This document shows positions 28,525 to 39,281 of a stretch of DNA of 64,000 nt, piece by piece; position 1 is the first letter of the stretch, and each line of letters opens with the position of its first letter. Location: IMG/VR virus record IMGVR_UViG_3300028177_000001, positions 186,001-250,000 of that record. One strand, given 5' to 3'. The translations under genes and the position numbers were made by a program. A model generated the notes under the pieces. That model did not search any database. It was not told the DNA's origin and saw only the letters and a list, made by a program, of their open reading frames with translations.

Positions 28525-28866
28525 CTACCAGTTCGCGGCGACAACCCCGCTGGCGGAGGCAGGAGTCCCGGGCACGGCCCACTCGCCCCCGCCGCCGTGG
28601 GTTCGGATGCGAACCAGAACACCCTCCCTCCAGAGGGTCTCCAGAAGATCCCCCACGGGCTCGATCTCCTCGTCGCGGATCTTGTCGGACAGTGCCCAGC
28701 AGGCCTCTTCTTCGGCGGGCCAGTCGTTAGACTCAAGCTGCTCGCAAACCATGTCGTCGGCGATCCCCACGGACCGCAGGGACTGAACAGCCCGCCACAC
28801 CTCCGTCGTGGTCCACGGTACGGCAGGGTGGGTAGCGAGGGCGTTTAGGACGGCATCAGTGTTCAC
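28525..28866 (-). CDS. hypothetical protein
   Basis: GTG behind a promoter motif and GGAGG. Confidence 0.6.
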   Translation of the reverse strand: MNTDAVLNALATHPAVPWTTTEVWRAVQSLRSVGIADDMVCEQLESNDWPAEEEACWALSDKIRDEEIEPVGDLLETLWREGVLVRIRTHGGGGEWAVPGTPASASGVVAANW

Positions 28867-29004
28867 GCAGGACCTCCACGTAGAAGTTACGTCCCTTGCG
28901 AGTGCGGGGAACCCCTGGGAGTTGGGTTAGCCCCCTGAACAACCAGGGCAGGCGTCCCGCAGAGCCCGGAGCCGCATGTGGGACTCCCCGGAGGAACCCC
29001 GTTT

Positions 29005-29589
29005 TCAGGGGCAGAGGAAGTGCGGGACTCCGTCCCTGGCATCCAGGGCCATCGTACCGACAAGGGTGCTCTCGTCGGCGAAGAGATCCGCCACCAGCAT
29101 CTCCATGCCGTATGCGCCTGTTGTGTCGATGTCACACCACCCCAGCCCCTCCACGTACACGTCGTGCAGGCGACCCGTCAGGTGCATGGTCTCGTGGAGG
29201 AGGATCCAGGGAGCCGCCCGGTTCTCCGGCTCCGACCACCAGACCACACCGGTGTCCGGGTTGGCGTAAGTTCGACCCCCGGCGCGGAAGCCGTTCGTGT
29301 ACCGGGCGATGAAGTGGAACAGAGCTTCGTTGGGGTCGCCCGAGAGTGCGTTCAGCTGGGACACGAGAGTTTCATCCCGGTATTCGCTGGGCGTCAGGGT
29401 GGGGAGGTCTGCTGTGGCCACGGCCCACACGGACCGCGACACAGACAAGAGGATCTCATCCTCGATGTTGAGCAACTCCCCCAACTCCTCCTGGCAACGC
29501 TCCGACGGGTCCGCCCCAGACTGCCAGATGGTTTCTGAACAGACGGCGGGGATGTCGGGGACGCAAGCCAGGAGGAGAAGGAGGAGCAT
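29005..29589 (-). CDS. lipoprotein with HExxH zincin motif
   Basis: Lipobox in MLLLLLLAC; ILLHETMHLTG. Confidence 0.7.
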   Translation of the reverse strand: MLLLLLLACVPDIPAVCSETIWQSGADPSERCQEELGELLNIEDEILLSVSRSVWAVATADLPTLTPSEYRDETLVSQLNALSGDPNEALFHFIARYTNGFRAGGRTYANPDTGVVWWSEPENRAAPWILLHETMHLTGRLHDVYVEGLGWCDIDTTGAYGMEMLVADLFADESTLVGTMALDARDGVPHFLCP

Positions 29590-29597
29590 GGGTCAGC

Positions 29598-31523
29598 CTA
29601 CTGCTCGATACGGGTGAAGGTCAGGCGGTCCAGGTGCAGCATCTCGGCGAGGCTGCGCCACACGTCGATGGTGTCCTGGTCGTGCTGCGCCGACTTGAGG
29701 GACACGTCCAGCTCTGTGATGCGGATCTCGCCCCGCCGACTCTCCACGTAGCCTTCGAACATGAAGTCCATAAAGCCACCCCGGAAGTAGTCGCGGCCAT
29801 CGTCGGTCCGAGTGACCGGGAGGACCATGATCTCGCTGCTGCCAGGGACCATCACATGGATGAAGGACTTGATGTTGGTCTCCTCCAGGTAGTCGGAGGC
29901 ACGGACCTTCCAGAGACGCAACTCGGCCTCAACATCCCAGGGGGCGAAGCTGATCGAGGTGCGGTAGGCATCACCCCAGTCGACCTTGTTGGCCTCCTCT
30001 TCCTCGGTCTGCTCCATGCAGGTCCACTCGACCTGAACGGTGGCGGGCTCGAGCGGGTCGTAGGACTCGATGACCCAGGTGCCCAAGGACAGTGAGACCA
30101 CGTCGTACTCGATGCCGAGATCGCGCAGGTTCACCGAGTCCATGAACTCGGGGAACATCCCCCACGCGAAGCCGGGGGCCTCGAACTCGATCTTGTCGAC
30201 GGCTCCCGCCTCAAGGATACGGAAGCCCTTGAGCGCAGACTCCGCCGCGTTGTACGGCGAGCTACCGGGCTTGCCCAGCAAGATCGCCCTGTAGCGGTAT
30301 TCACCCAAGGCCTCGACGGGCATCAGGACGTACTCGTCGATGGCGGGGACGCAACCCAGGCCTCCGCTGCTGTCGGTGACCGACTTCGCAGAAGCCGACG
30401 CGGCCGACGACTCCAGCCCGTAGTAGTCCCCTCCGTCACCGGAACTGCCGTCCGTGGGCGGAGTACTCATGGAGTTGGCGCTGGTCATCTCCGTGCCCAT
30501 GCGAAGCTCGATGAAGTGCTCCGCCTCCACCTTCTTGGTGTGGCTGCCCGACGAGGAGGTGGTCTTCGTTGCGCCGAAGGTTCCCCCAGCCCCCGCTCCA
30601 ACAGAGCCGCCCGTGGACGAGACATTGCCGGAGGCGTCCACCTTGACGTTGGCGCTGGCTGACGTAGTCACCGTGCCCTGGACAGTCGAGTAGGTCTCCG
30701 AGTAGACCTCCGCGCAGTAGTCTCCGCCAGAGTCCATCGTGCCCCAGCCGCTCACCGAACCGGTCTCGGTGATCTCGAACCAGAAGCTGCTGAACAGGTC
30801 GACATCGACGGTGGCGGGCATGATGTGTGCCCCATTGCCCCCGTTGAGGTCCCACTGGCGGTGGTACACGTCACCCTTGCCGTCCACCATCGCCTCCTCG
30901 AGGTCAATGTGCAGCCGGACGTAGTCGTCGACGCTGGTGACACCTTCCACCCCTCCGTCCCAGCACGCGATCAGACCGAAGGCGTCACCGGCAGAGGTCT
31001 CGATGGCGGGGTTGCCGTACATGCAGTTCGACCGGATGATGCCGGTCATCACACCGGGACCCTGGCCGATGACGAGGTCGGACGATGCGTCCTTCGCCGC
31101 CGCATAGTCGCCGTAGGAGATCACGCTGTACAGGATCGTCCAGTCGGTCTCGTCGAAGAACTCGCGGAGGGCCTTGAGGTCGTCCGTGAGCTTGCCCTTC
31201 TTCTTGTCCGAGGCGCAGTTGGAGCCGGGGTCGATGGCAGTGGCGTCCATCCAGAACTCGGGGTACCACGCCTCGTTGAAGTGGGCGTTGATGTCGTTGC
31301 CCTCGGTCCACGACTGGCGGAGCTGCGCATTGCCCTTGCCGGAACCGGACATGCCGCCGTTGGCCCAGTCGGGACCGGTCTCGGTCGACCAGTGCTCGTT
31401 GTCGGCACCACAGCCCGCGAGGAAGTAGATCGACCCGGCAGCGACGAGGGCCGTGAGGCCGATTGCCCCCAGCGACCCCCGGACGATGCCCGGCACGGTG
31501 TTGAAGGGGGTGGGGATATTCAT
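29598..31523 (-). CDS. large secreted lipoprotein of unknown function
   Basis: Lipobox FLAGC; Ser/Thr/Gly-rich central segment; AGGATC RBS before ATG 31523. Confidence 0.7.
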   Translation of the reverse strand: MNIPTPFNTVPGIVRGSLGAIGLTALVAAGSIYFLAGCGADNEHWSTETGPDWANGGMSGSGKGNAQLRQSWTEGNDINAHFNEAWYPEFWMDATAIDPGSNCASDKKKGKLTDDLKALREFFDETDWTILYSVISYGDYAAAKDASSDLVIGQGPGVMTGIIRSNCMYGNPAIETSAGDAFGLIACWDGGVEGVTSVDDYVRLHIDLEEAMVDGKGDVYHRQWDLNGGNGAHIMPATVDVDLFSSFWFEITETGSVSGWGTMDSGGDYCAEVYSETYSTVQGTVTTSASANVKVDASGNVSSTGGSVGAGAGGTFGATKTTSSSGSHTKKVEAEHFIELRMGTEMTSANSMSTPPTDGSSGDGGDYYGLESSAASASAKSVTDSSGGLGCVPAIDEYVLMPVEALGEYRYRAILLGKPGSSPYNAAESALKGFRILEAGAVDKIEFEAPGFAWGMFPEFMDSVNLRDLGIEYDVVSLSLGTWVIESYDPLEPATVQVEWTCMEQTEEEEANKVDWGDAYRTSISFAPWDVEAELRLWKVRASDYLEETNIKSFIHVMVPGSSEIMVLPVTRTDDGRDYFRGGFMDFMFEGYVESRRGEIRITELDVSLKSAQHDQDTIDVWRSLAEMLHLDRLTFTRIEQ

Positions 31524-31935
31524 GTTCTGATCCTGGACTGAGTTTGAACTCAAACCCCACGTCGGCTCATCCGACGAAGGCTCTCGTTCGCATTCAGTGT
31601 CCGGGCAGGATCGAACACACTCCGGCGAGGCAGGACGAGCCATGCCTCAACCAGAGATACCGGGGAGTATATCCCGGGACCCCCCAGGGACCCCCAGAAA
31701 GTTTTGCTCTTTACCTGCGGTTTCGCCTGCGAGAAGCCTTCGACCTGGCTTTCGCTGGCTTTCGCTGCGCCGCGTCGCCCCGGTAGCCGCGTCGCTTCGG
31801 CGGGGTGCCGGGGAAGTCCGTAGCGGCTGTGCTGCCGGGTTCCACCTTCAACGTCAGCTTGCCGTCGTCCGGAGCTGCGTGGGTGTCTTCTACAGAGAGG
31901 GTGACCTGGTCGGGAGTAGCATGCATGCCCACACC

Positions 31936-32322
31936 CTACCCGATATCCCAACGCCCACTCTTCGAGTCGTACTCCACAGACTTCTCGACAAAGAAGTCCT
32001 TCATCTGCCTCTCCAGATCAGCCACCAGCTGGCGAGCCATCGGCCGGGGCATCTCATGCACCTTTTTCTTCAGAGCCTTGAAGGCGAAATGGTGGAGGTT
32101 CCGGGGCACGTCGTCGACGTAGGTCTCCTCGCCGTTCACCAGGATTGAGTCCCCGTTCGGAGACATCACCAGGACGTCAGACCAGACACCGTTCCGAACC
32201 GAGCCGTACGACCCCCACTGACCCGCTGCCTTGAGCAACGTCTGTCTCGAGGCGCTCCCCTTCTCCAAGGTGGAGGCCAGGCGAATGAGCGCGGCGCGGT
32301 CGGTGCGGCTAATCTTCTTCAT
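31936..32322 (-). CDS. peptide-tag-bearing hypothetical protein
   Basis: DRAALIRLASTLEKGSASRQTLL at the N-terminus. Confidence 0.7.
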   Translation of the reverse strand: MKKISRTDRAALIRLASTLEKGSASRQTLLKAAGQWGSYGSVRNGVWSDVLVMSPNGDSILVNGEETYVDDVPRNLHHFAFKALKKKVHEMPRPMARQLVADLERQMKDFFVEKSVEYDSKSGRWDIG

Positions 32323-32376
32323 GAGAGCTTCCCGGAAGGTGAGAGAACCCTCTCTGAGGATAGTCGGGCTACCGGA

Positions 32377-32634
32377 TTAGTTCCAAGGTAGCTGGATGCC
32401 CGCGTCCTCGAGCACTTTGGTCTCCGGGGCCGTCAGGTGGTAAGGCATCCGCTCCAACGCCTCCACCTTGATGTGTTCTGGGCGGGCGAGCTCCCCCTCA
32501 ATAAGGGCAGCAACTCCGAAGAGTCGAAGCTCGCGCTCGACCAGATCTGAGGTAAGGCTCACCGCCTGGTGAAAGTCGGGGTCCGCGAAGAACCGTCGTC
32601 TCCTCATCCGGGCAAAGGTAGCGAGTGAGCCCAT
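32377..32634 (-). CDS. hypothetical protein
   Basis: AGGAGG RBS. Confidence 0.55.
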   Translation of the reverse strand: MGSLATFARMRRRRFFADPDFHQAVSLTSDLVERELRLFGVAALIEGELARPEHIKVEALERMPYHLTAPETKVLEDAGIQLPWN

Positions 32635-32673
32635 AAAGTCCTCCTGAGATACTGGCGGCCCGCATAGGACCCC

Positions 32674-32746
32674 TACCCCTGCCAGGATTCGAACCTGGGA
32701 CCCTCTGCTTAGAAGGCAGATGCTCTATCCACTGAGCTACAGGGGC
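32674..32746 (-). tRNA. tRNA-Arg(UCU)
   Basis: GCCCCTG acceptor stem; anticodon arm TCTGC-CTTCTAA-GCAGA; T loop TTCGAAT. Confidence 0.95.
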
Positions 32747-32755
32747 GAAAGGGTC

Positions 32756-33526
32756 TTAGGCCCCGAAGAACGAAAACACATCCAGGGGAACGTCTTCGGG
32801 AGGCCAGTTCAAGTATGCGACGTGTTCCAGTCTCTCTACTGTACCTCCGGACCGCATGTTCGGAACCCGTCTCCGCGACACTACCTCCCAGGGGAGACCC
32901 GGGAAGGTCTCGGGGGCTGTAGAACCGTAGGTAAACACTACGGGGTTCGAACAGCCTTCTATCAGGGCGAGGGTGTGCGCGGGACTGTATGAGTCCTCGC
33001 CCACATAGTTGCCGCTGGTTCCTCTGTACGGAGGGTCTACAAACAGTAGATCCCCAGGCAGGGGAGTGTGCTTAGAACCGTCCCCGTGTTCAACCCTAAC
33101 CCGGCGTCCCGCACACAGAGCGCGCAAAGTAGTCCGGATCGGTAGCTCGTGCTGGGGATAGGTCGTCCAGCTGCTCCACTGCCCCACCACCAAGCTGCAC
33201 ACATTGATCTTGAGGTAGAGCTCGGCTCCTTGACTTAGGCCGAGTTCTCTGATGTCGAACTTAGGGGTCTGAGACCGAGCCCGTCGGTACAGGGCTCCCA
33301 GAGCACGAAGCTCCTCCGCACCGACTTCCTGCAGCCAGTGCCACAAGGCCACCACGTTCGGGTCTGTGTCGTAGCCCAGCGCCGGCAGGTCGTGGTTTAG
33401 AGAGTACGCACCACTTCCCAGGTAGGGCTCCACAATCCGGGAGCACCCGCGAGGGGGCGGGCGATAATGCTGAAGCATCCTCCCCTTGTTGCCGCTGTAG
33501 CGGAACAGCCTCTTAGGCACGAACAC
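32756..33526 (-). CDS. dam: DNA adenine methyltransferase (Dam/D12 class)
   Basis: FRYSGNK, VEPYLGSGA (motif I), FVDPPY (motif IV). Confidence 0.85.
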   Translation of the reverse strand: MFVPKRLFRYSGNKGRMLQHYRPPPRGCSRIVEPYLGSGAYSLNHDLPALGYDTDPNVVALWHWLQEVGAEELRALGALYRRARSQTPKFDIRELGLSQGAELYLKINVCSLVVGQWSSWTTYPQHELPIRTTLRALCAGRRVRVEHGDGSKHTPLPGDLLFVDPPYRGTSGNYVGEDSYSPAHTLALIEGCSNPVVFTYGSTAPETFPGLPWEVVSRRRVPNMRSGGTVERLEHVAYLNWPPEDVPLDVFSFFGA

Positions 33527-33695
33527 TCACTTCGGGGGGCTCAGTTTCCCTACAACGAAGGTGCCGGGCAACTTGTAGAAGCGTACCTCGCCCTGGTGTG
33601 TGTCGGCGTCACGTAGAGCGCGGGCCGCAGCCGAACCGTCCCCCATAATGCGGGCGACAGTCTCCACTACTTCTCGAGTCACCTGGGTGCTGGGG

Positions 33696-34220
33696 TCAGG
33701 TGCTTGCATTGTCTTCCAGACCTACTTCGCGAGGTTCGGACGGATCATTGGGGATCCGTCGGGTGGGGTTCTGTACAAGCCACTCCTCCAGGGCTCCCTG
33801 GTGGGTAGAGCACAAGACGCTCGTAAGGGGTGGCCAGGTATCCACCCCGTCGGCTCGGGCCAGCACGAAGCTGTGCCGCCCCGACAACGCGCACTCTCCA
33901 GAGCATGCTTCAGCGGTCCGCTCGGCAGGACCCCGACCTGCTCCTGTTGAGAGCTCCCTCAGAATGGACTTGCGATAGTCCGTCTCGAACTTGTCCTCCA
34001 TCCACCGTCGAGTCGGCTTGTGTGGGATCGCCCAGAGCTGGGCTGGCATCTTGTACACGCCCTTTTCGTCCGGCAAGATCGCAAACCACATGCCCAGGAA
34101 GTTCTCCTGCATGCAGATGAGCTGGTAGGTCAAGCCGTCGAACTCGTACAGGTCTCCCATGTACTTGGTCGCGGGCTCCGGGTCCGGCTTCGAGCCGAAC
34201 ATGCCTAACATGTCAAACAT
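33696..34220 (-). CDS. hypothetical protein
   Basis: AGGAG RBS; in operon. Confidence 0.55.
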   Translation of the reverse strand: MFDMLGMFGSKPDPEPATKYMGDLYEFDGLTYQLICMQENFLGMWFAILPDEKGVYKMPAQLWAIPHKPTRRWMEDKFETDYRKSILRELSTGAGRGPAERTAEACSGECALSGRHSFVLARADGVDTWPPLTSVLCSTHQGALEEWLVQNPTRRIPNDPSEPREVGLEDNAST

Positions 34221-34238
34221 CGTGTCTCCTGTAGGGGT

Positions 34239-34550
34239 CTACCCTGCGTCGAGGGCTTCCAGCTCGTTCTGAGCCCGCTCAGCCGCGTCCACGTCCGAAG
34301 GGTTGTTGGGGTCGAGCCCCGGGAAGCTCTCCAGCAACTGGAGCTGAGCCTTCTCGCTGAGCTTCTGGAAGACCTCCAGTTGCTTCGTCTTCTCCTGAGC
34401 CAGCTTCAGCTTGACCCGGTTTGTCAGTATCCCTTCAGCCCAGAGGTAGGACAGCCAGGTCATCACGAAGACGAACAGCCCAACCCACACCGGGTGGAAC
34501 TTGATGATGTACGCCAGGGCGTCGACGAAGGGGAGGATTAGTTCAGTCAT
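34239..34550 (-). CDS. membrane protein with coiled coil
   Basis: Hydrophobic helix followed by heptads. Confidence 0.6.
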   Translation of the reverse strand: MTELILPFVDALAYIIKFHPVWVGLFVFVMTWLSYLWAEGILTNRVKLKLAQEKTKQLEVFQKLSEKAQLQLLESFPGLDPNNPSDVDAAERAQNELEALDAG

Positions 34551-34863
34551 GGGGTTTCCGGCATCATGGTTTTGCCCCGAGCCGAGACCAGGTCCCGCCC
34601 CAGACTTGTTTCCTCGCGAGCCACACGGGAAGCGTGAAGCTTCTGGCGGTTGCTGGTGTAGGCTGCCAGACCCGCAGGAGTGAAGCGGTACACCGTTCGG
34701 GGGATATTCGGGAAGATATCCTGCTGGGGTCCAACGGGCTCGACCTTGACGGACACCAGGAGCCCTCGCTTGACCAGGGACGGAATGGTGCGGTTGTGCA
34801 TGTAGCCGTAGAGCTTCCCGTCCACGACGCCCTGGAGCACTGTGTACTGGTTTGAAGAGAGTC

Positions 34864-35559
34864 TCATTCCTCGGCGTCCTCGGCCAGGCGCTCGAGGAAA
34901 ACCGGAGTCACGGGGATGGGCTGGTTCCTCCGTTCTCCGTAGATCTCGGGGTTGGGGATGATGCATCCGTCCTCGACCACGACCAGGCCGTCGGCAGCGA
35001 TGAAGTCCTCCGCCAGGTAGTCAAACTGGCAAGCCCTGTGGTAGCGTCGCAGGTTCGCCCAGAGCCGCTTGAGGCCTCGGTTCTGCGAAGCCGAGACGAA
35101 AAGCTTCGCGGGCGGAGCGGGGACTTCCGTCTCGGGTGAGTTCTCGACCAGGCTGAGGTTGGATCTTGGGTCCGGCTCCTCGGAGACGGGCAGGGAGTCG
35201 AAAGGGATGGCCTCGCCCTCGGCTACCAGGACCTCGAAGTCCTTCATGGTGTGGCCATTCCTCAAGTCTGTGAGCCCCTTCCAGATGACCCGGATGGGGT
35301 GGCCTGGTGGGATCAGGGAAGCATCGACCAGCTGGATGAGCTTGGTCCCGGAGAGCATCAGGCTCTGGCCCATGGGGATGTGGATCAGCACGACCTGGTA
35401 CTGGCCGTATGCCCCCGTCTTGACGGTCTGGCCCCCGTAATAGCCGACGACCTCCTGACCTACCTCGGTGGGGCTCCAGCGTTGGGGGGCCTGGACCCTA
35501 CGCCACTTGAACTGCTCGCGGATCTGCTCGCGGATCTGCTGTGCGTGGTCGGTGCTCAT
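34864..35559 (-). CDS. possible OB-fold (SSB-like) protein
   Basis: [14 protein letters not shown]...[11 protein letters not shown]...IRVIWKG pattern resembles phage OB-fold proteins. Confidence 0.4.
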   Translation of the reverse strand: MSTDHAQQIREQIREQFKWRRVQAPQRWSPTEVGQEVVGYYGGQTVKTGAYGQYQVVLIHIPMGQSLMLSGTKLIQLVDASLIPPGHPIRVIWKGLTDLRNGHTMKDFEVLVAEGEAIPFDSLPVSEEPDPRSNLSLVENSPETEVPAPPAKLFVSASQNRGLKRLWANLRRYHRACQFDYLAEDFIAADGLVVVEDGCIIPNPEIYGERRNQPIPVTPVFLERLAEDAEE

Positions 35560-35801
35560 TCTTCATCTCCGTGGAGGGGTCGCCCGTAGTCGTCAGGTTC
35601 GTCGAGGAACTTGAGGGCTGTCTTGGGCCCCGTGGTCCGGGCAGAGATAACATGCAGCTGACCCGGCTTGAGTCCTCCGATGTCACTACCGTAGAGAAGC
35701 GGGAAGTTCCGGTTCTTGGCAGCACGACGCTGCTCCGGTGTAACCTCGTCCTCGGGGACGCCGAACATCTCGGCTGCGGTCTTGCGGTGGATGTCACTCA
35801 C
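35556..35801 (-). CDS. mini-protein: PolA fingers (O-helix) fragment fused to a DnaB-like P-loop fragment
   Basis: [36 protein letters not shown] followed by [20 protein letters not shown]. Confidence 0.7.
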   Translation of the reverse strand: MSDIHRKTAAEMFGVPEDEVTPEQRRAAKNRNFPLLYGSDIGGLKPGQLHVISARTTGPKTALKFLDEPDDYGRPLHGDEE

Positions 35802-35911
35802 TACTGCCACCCGCTGATGTCGAGGCACTCGCCGTCGTCTTCCTCCCTCCAGATCTTCATCTGGAGGGTTCCGCCTTCGGCCAGCTCCACCTCGATGTTG
35901 TACTCGTACAT

Positions 35912-36487
35912 TTAGGCGAGCCGCAGGTAGGAAGTCGGGGTCAGCTGGAAGCTACGCTTGGTGCCGTCCAGGAGGAACCGCTGTGCCTCCTGGGCGATGT
36001 GCCCCCCCACGATGCTGTAGAAGGGGAGAAGCACCCCGTCCTCGCAGGTCGGAACCCCGTCGTTGGCCTCCTGGTCTGCCGAGAAGTGCTCGGTCCAGAT
36101 GACCCGAGCAAAGTCACCTGTGGCGGCCAGACACCCGTGCAGGCAGGGGATGCCGTGCTCAATAGCGAACCCCTGGATGATGAGGCGGGCCTCGATGTTG
36201 TCGGTGCAGTCGATGAGCAGGTCGGCGTCGCCGAGCAGCTGCAAGGCGTTGTCCGACGTGAGTCGATGCGGAATCACCTCGCACTTCCGCTTCCACTGAG
36301 CCTGTAGACTCTGGGCCGTCGCCTGCGCCTTGTTCCGCCCCCGCGCCATCTGCGGGTACTCCTGGGCCTGCGTGTTCTTCATCTCGACCTTGTCGAAGTC
36401 GATCAGCTTCAGGGTCGCAACCCAGTTCCGGGCGTTGTGTACAGTGGGGGAACCGATAGCTCCGAGTCCAACAACAGTGACGCGCAT
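35912..36487 (-). CDS. ThiF/MoeB-family E1-like adenylyltransferase
   Basis: [29 protein letters not shown], candidate catalytic Cys in GVPTCEDG; no Zn-binding CxxC pairs. Confidence 0.88.
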   Translation of the reverse strand: MRVTVVGLGAIGSPTVHNARNWVATLKLIDFDKVEMKNTQAQEYPQMARGRNKAQATAQSLQAQWKRKCEVIPHRLTSDNALQLLGDADLLIDCTDNIEARLIIQGFAIEHGIPCLHGCLAATGDFARVIWTEHFSADQEANDGVPTCEDGVLLPFYSIVGGHIAQEAQRFLLDGTKRSFQLTPTSYLRLA

Positions 36488-36566
36488 AGGGTCTCCTCCT
36501 ATGAGGGATTACGGCCTCCGGTGTCTCGGGGAACCCTCGGTAGTTAGGAAATATCTCAGAGCCGGT

Positions 36567-37826
36567 ATGCGGCCCTCACCCCAGAAAGTAGCAGCCCGGT
36601 ATCTTCGGGCCCGTGAATGGGGGAGCCAGGAGGCTCTGGACGACTACCTACGGGAACACCCCAGGGCGATCCCCGAGAAGCACTCCGTTCGTGAACCGGC
36701 AGAGGAAACGACGGCTCCGTCTGCTAAGTCTGCACCTGATGGGTTCACCCTTCCGGACAAAGACGTCCCCGTCAAGTTTGAGATGGGCACCATCGAGGAA
36801 TATGAGGACGACCCCTCAGAGCCCGAGGGCTACCGACTTGTCTCCTCAAAGCCCCTCTTCAAGAGTGAGAAGGCGGCGCTGAAACACATGGGGCTGAAGC
36901 TTCCCTCCATGGACAAGGTCGCGGAGGCTATGGGGGTAGACGCCTTCCCCGGAAAGGTGTCCTCGGAAGTCGTTACGCGGCGCTGGTTTGGCAAGCCGGT
37001 CCTGAGTATTGTCACGCAGGGTCCCGGAATCGAAAGTCACGTGCGCTTTGTAGGGAAAGACGAGGACGGCGACACCTACATCAAGAACCAGACTTTCATC
37101 TTGAAGCCTGAGGCTCACGGCGGAGGGATCGGCACCAAGGCTCTCTACACCCAAGTGCAACAAGCGCGGAAAGCTGGGGTCTCCTACATCAAGACCAGCG
37201 CGGGCGGACCCCCAGACATGAACGGCTACTACACGTGGCCTCGCCTGGGCTACGACGGATTGCTCTCGAGCGTGAACAAGGACGAAGCCTACGAGGACAC
37301 CTCAGTCCCCGAGGACGACCCCAATCGATGGAAGAGCAGAGACATCCCTTCTATCGAGGAAGACATCAAAGCCGCCGTCAAGAAGGGTGACCTCCCCAAG
37401 GGAGCCGAGAAAGTGGAGACCGTTCGGCAGCTCATGGATCTGGAGGGAGGGTCTGCCTGGTGGAAGAAGAACGGCCGAGCGTTCTCGGCTACCTTCGACC
37501 TGGAGTCCGACGACTCGGTAGATGCGCTGGAGGACTACATCGAGGCTACAGCAGCGAAGCTGGGGGTCAGCCCCCAGGAGTGGATGGACATGAGCCCAGA
37601 CGAAATCCGAGCCTCAAAGAAGAAGTCCCCTTCCCCGAAGCGGGTCGCGAGCCTGTTCCTGGCAGCGAAGCGGCGCAAGAAGAAGGACGACGAAGACGAG
37701 GAGGACGGAAAGGGCGACCAGTCCGACCTGGATGAGTCCGACGAGGACATCCTGGATAGCGTCTGGAAGAAGCGGCGCGACAAGAAGCGCCCCTACAAGC
37801 CGTCGCGGTTCCTCAAGAGGAAGTAG
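36567..37826 (+). CDS. peptide-tagged protein with GNAT-like domain
   Basis: PSPQKVAARYL; AHGGGIGTKAL ... GYYTWPRLGYD; second tag PSPKRVASLFL. Confidence 0.75.
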   Translation: MRPSPQKVAARYLRAREWGSQEALDDYLREHPRAIPEKHSVREPAEETTAPSAKSAPDGFTLPDKDVPVKFEMGTIEEYEDDPSEPEGYRLVSSKPLFKSEKAALKHMGLKLPSMDKVAEAMGVDAFPGKVSSEVVTRRWFGKPVLSIVTQGPGIESHVRFVGKDEDGDTYIKNQTFILKPEAHGGGIGTKALYTQVQQARKAGVSYIKTSAGGPPDMNGYYTWPRLGYDGLLSSVNKDEAYEDTSVPEDDPNRWKSRDIPSIEEDIKAAVKKGDLPKGAEKVETVRQLMDLEGGSAWWKKNGRAFSATFDLESDDSVDALEDYIEATAAKLGVSPQEWMDMSPDEIRASKKKSPSPKRVASLFLAAKRRKKKDDEDEEDGKGDQSDLDESDEDILDSVWKKRRDKKRPYKPSRFLKRK

Positions 37827-37834
37827 GCAGCCTC

Positions 37835-38104
37835 TCAGTCGTCCTCGGCGATCCAAGAGGCTACGATCTCCTGGGCTTTGGCGTAGAATGGGGCGAACTC
37901 TGCGTCGTCAGTGTCGAACTGGAAGAAGTCGTCTTCGGGCTCGAACCACATCTTCTCGTGGTCGGCGAGCAGAGGGTAGCGGTCAAGCTCGTCATCGAAC
38001 AAGAGCGCGGCCAGGATGTTGACTGTCGCGTCCGGCGTGAGGGCCTGACCTTCGTGGGAGGCCCTCCTAAGGATCTGAAGCACCTGCGGGCGGAAGTCAA
38101 ACAT
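37835..38104 (-). CDS. hypothetical protein
   Basis: TGATG overlap with the upstream ORF. Confidence 0.55.
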   Translation of the reverse strand: MFDFRPQVLQILRRASHEGQALTPDATVNILAALLFDDELDRYPLLADHEKMWFEPEDDFFQFDTDDAEFAPFYAKAQEIVASWIAEDD

Positions 38105-38591
38105 CAGTCGTCCCGACTTAGGGAATTGAAGAAGTCAGTGAACCTCTGGGTCAGTCTCCGAGAGGTTCCGGTCTGCCGCCAGGCCTCCCGCACACTGACA
38201 CCCAAGGACACGTCCAACACCCAGTAGGCGGCGATGGAGACAACAATCCAGTACTCGGGGGGCACAATGCTCACGGTTCTCTCAGTCGTAGTTCCAGACG
38301 TTGTCGTTGTGGCGGGTCTTGGCGGGGAAGTCGAGGGTCTCGGGGTCGTCCCCGGCACGGAGACGCTCGAGGGCGATGCGCTCCTTCGCACGGAAGAAGC
38401 GGAAGCCAGTGACCTCCCAGGGACGGACATCGTAGGGGTAGTCCTGGCGGGCGGTCACCTTGCGGCGGTGGTTGGTCTTCACGGCTAACTCCTGGTTAGG
38501 GGGTTAGCCGAAGCCCTCGGGGTTGCTGGTCATGGGTCACTCTCCTACAAGAGAGTTACGCCGGAGGTAGCCGGAGGGAACCCTCTTCTTT

Positions 38592-39281
38592 TCAGTATTC
38601 GTCCGAGGGGCTGGTTCCGCCGTGGGGGCACCAGTCGTGGGGGCAGGGCTCCCCCTCTTGACCGTACTTGGCAGGGCAGCCAGACTCCGCGCCGCAGGCA
38701 CAGTCGGGGCACCAGCCCCCGTAGGAGGGCTCCGGGTTGACCCCGCACTCCGTGCACTTGGTCAGGTCGCCTCTTGCGTTGACCCGGTCATTTTCCCAGG
38801 TCAGCTGCCAGCGGACTTCGTTGAGCGCAGCCTCGGGCGTGGGGCCCTGACCCTTGACGGTCTCCGAGACACGGTGAAAGAGCCAGTGGTGTACCGGCTG
38901 GCCGTCCTCTTCCCAGGAGGTGCTCGATGCGACTTCCCACCCCAGGGCGGTGATGTCATAGGGGAGGTGCGGCTTAGAGGGCAGGGTGTGGTGTTCCCGC
39001 GTGCGGTCCAGGTAGCGGGCGCGTTCCTCGTCGGAGGGGCCACTCATACTCATAGAGACGGTCTGGGGGCGCATCGCTTCAGCAAGCTGCGCCCGCACCT
39101 TCGGGTCCTTGAGAGCCACCGCGATCATCTCGTCGCGACAGAGGACGCACCAGGCAGTTGCGTTCTGGTCTAAGAAGACCTCAACTTCGCCGTGGGTCTG
39201 GCAGATGATCTTCACAGTGTTGCCTCTCGGGTGTTCGGCAAGTCCCCTTCTCGCCCGGAGCCTCCGCACTGAGTGCAGCAT
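38592..39281 (-). CDS. Cys-rich hypothetical protein (true start probably internal GTG)
   Basis: CQTH, WCVLC, CTEC, CPDC motifs. Confidence 0.55.
   Translation of the reverse strand: MLHSVRRLRARRGLAEHPRGNTVKIICQTHGEVEVFLDQNATAWCVLCRDEMIAVALKDPKVRAQLAEAMRPQTVSMSMSGPSDEERARYLDRTREHHTLPSKPHLPYDITALGWEVASSTSWEEDGQPVHHWLFHRVSETVKGQGPTPEAALNEVRWQLTWENDRVNARGDLTKCTECGVNPEPSYGGWCPDCACGAESGCPAKYGQEGEPCPHDWCPHGGTSPSDEY

Noticed and set aside
35912-36487. Thiamine/molybdopterin biosynthesis gene
   Set aside because: No ThiS/MoaD/ThiG/MoaE context and no Zn-binding CxxC motifs; a Ubl/JAB context is more plausible.
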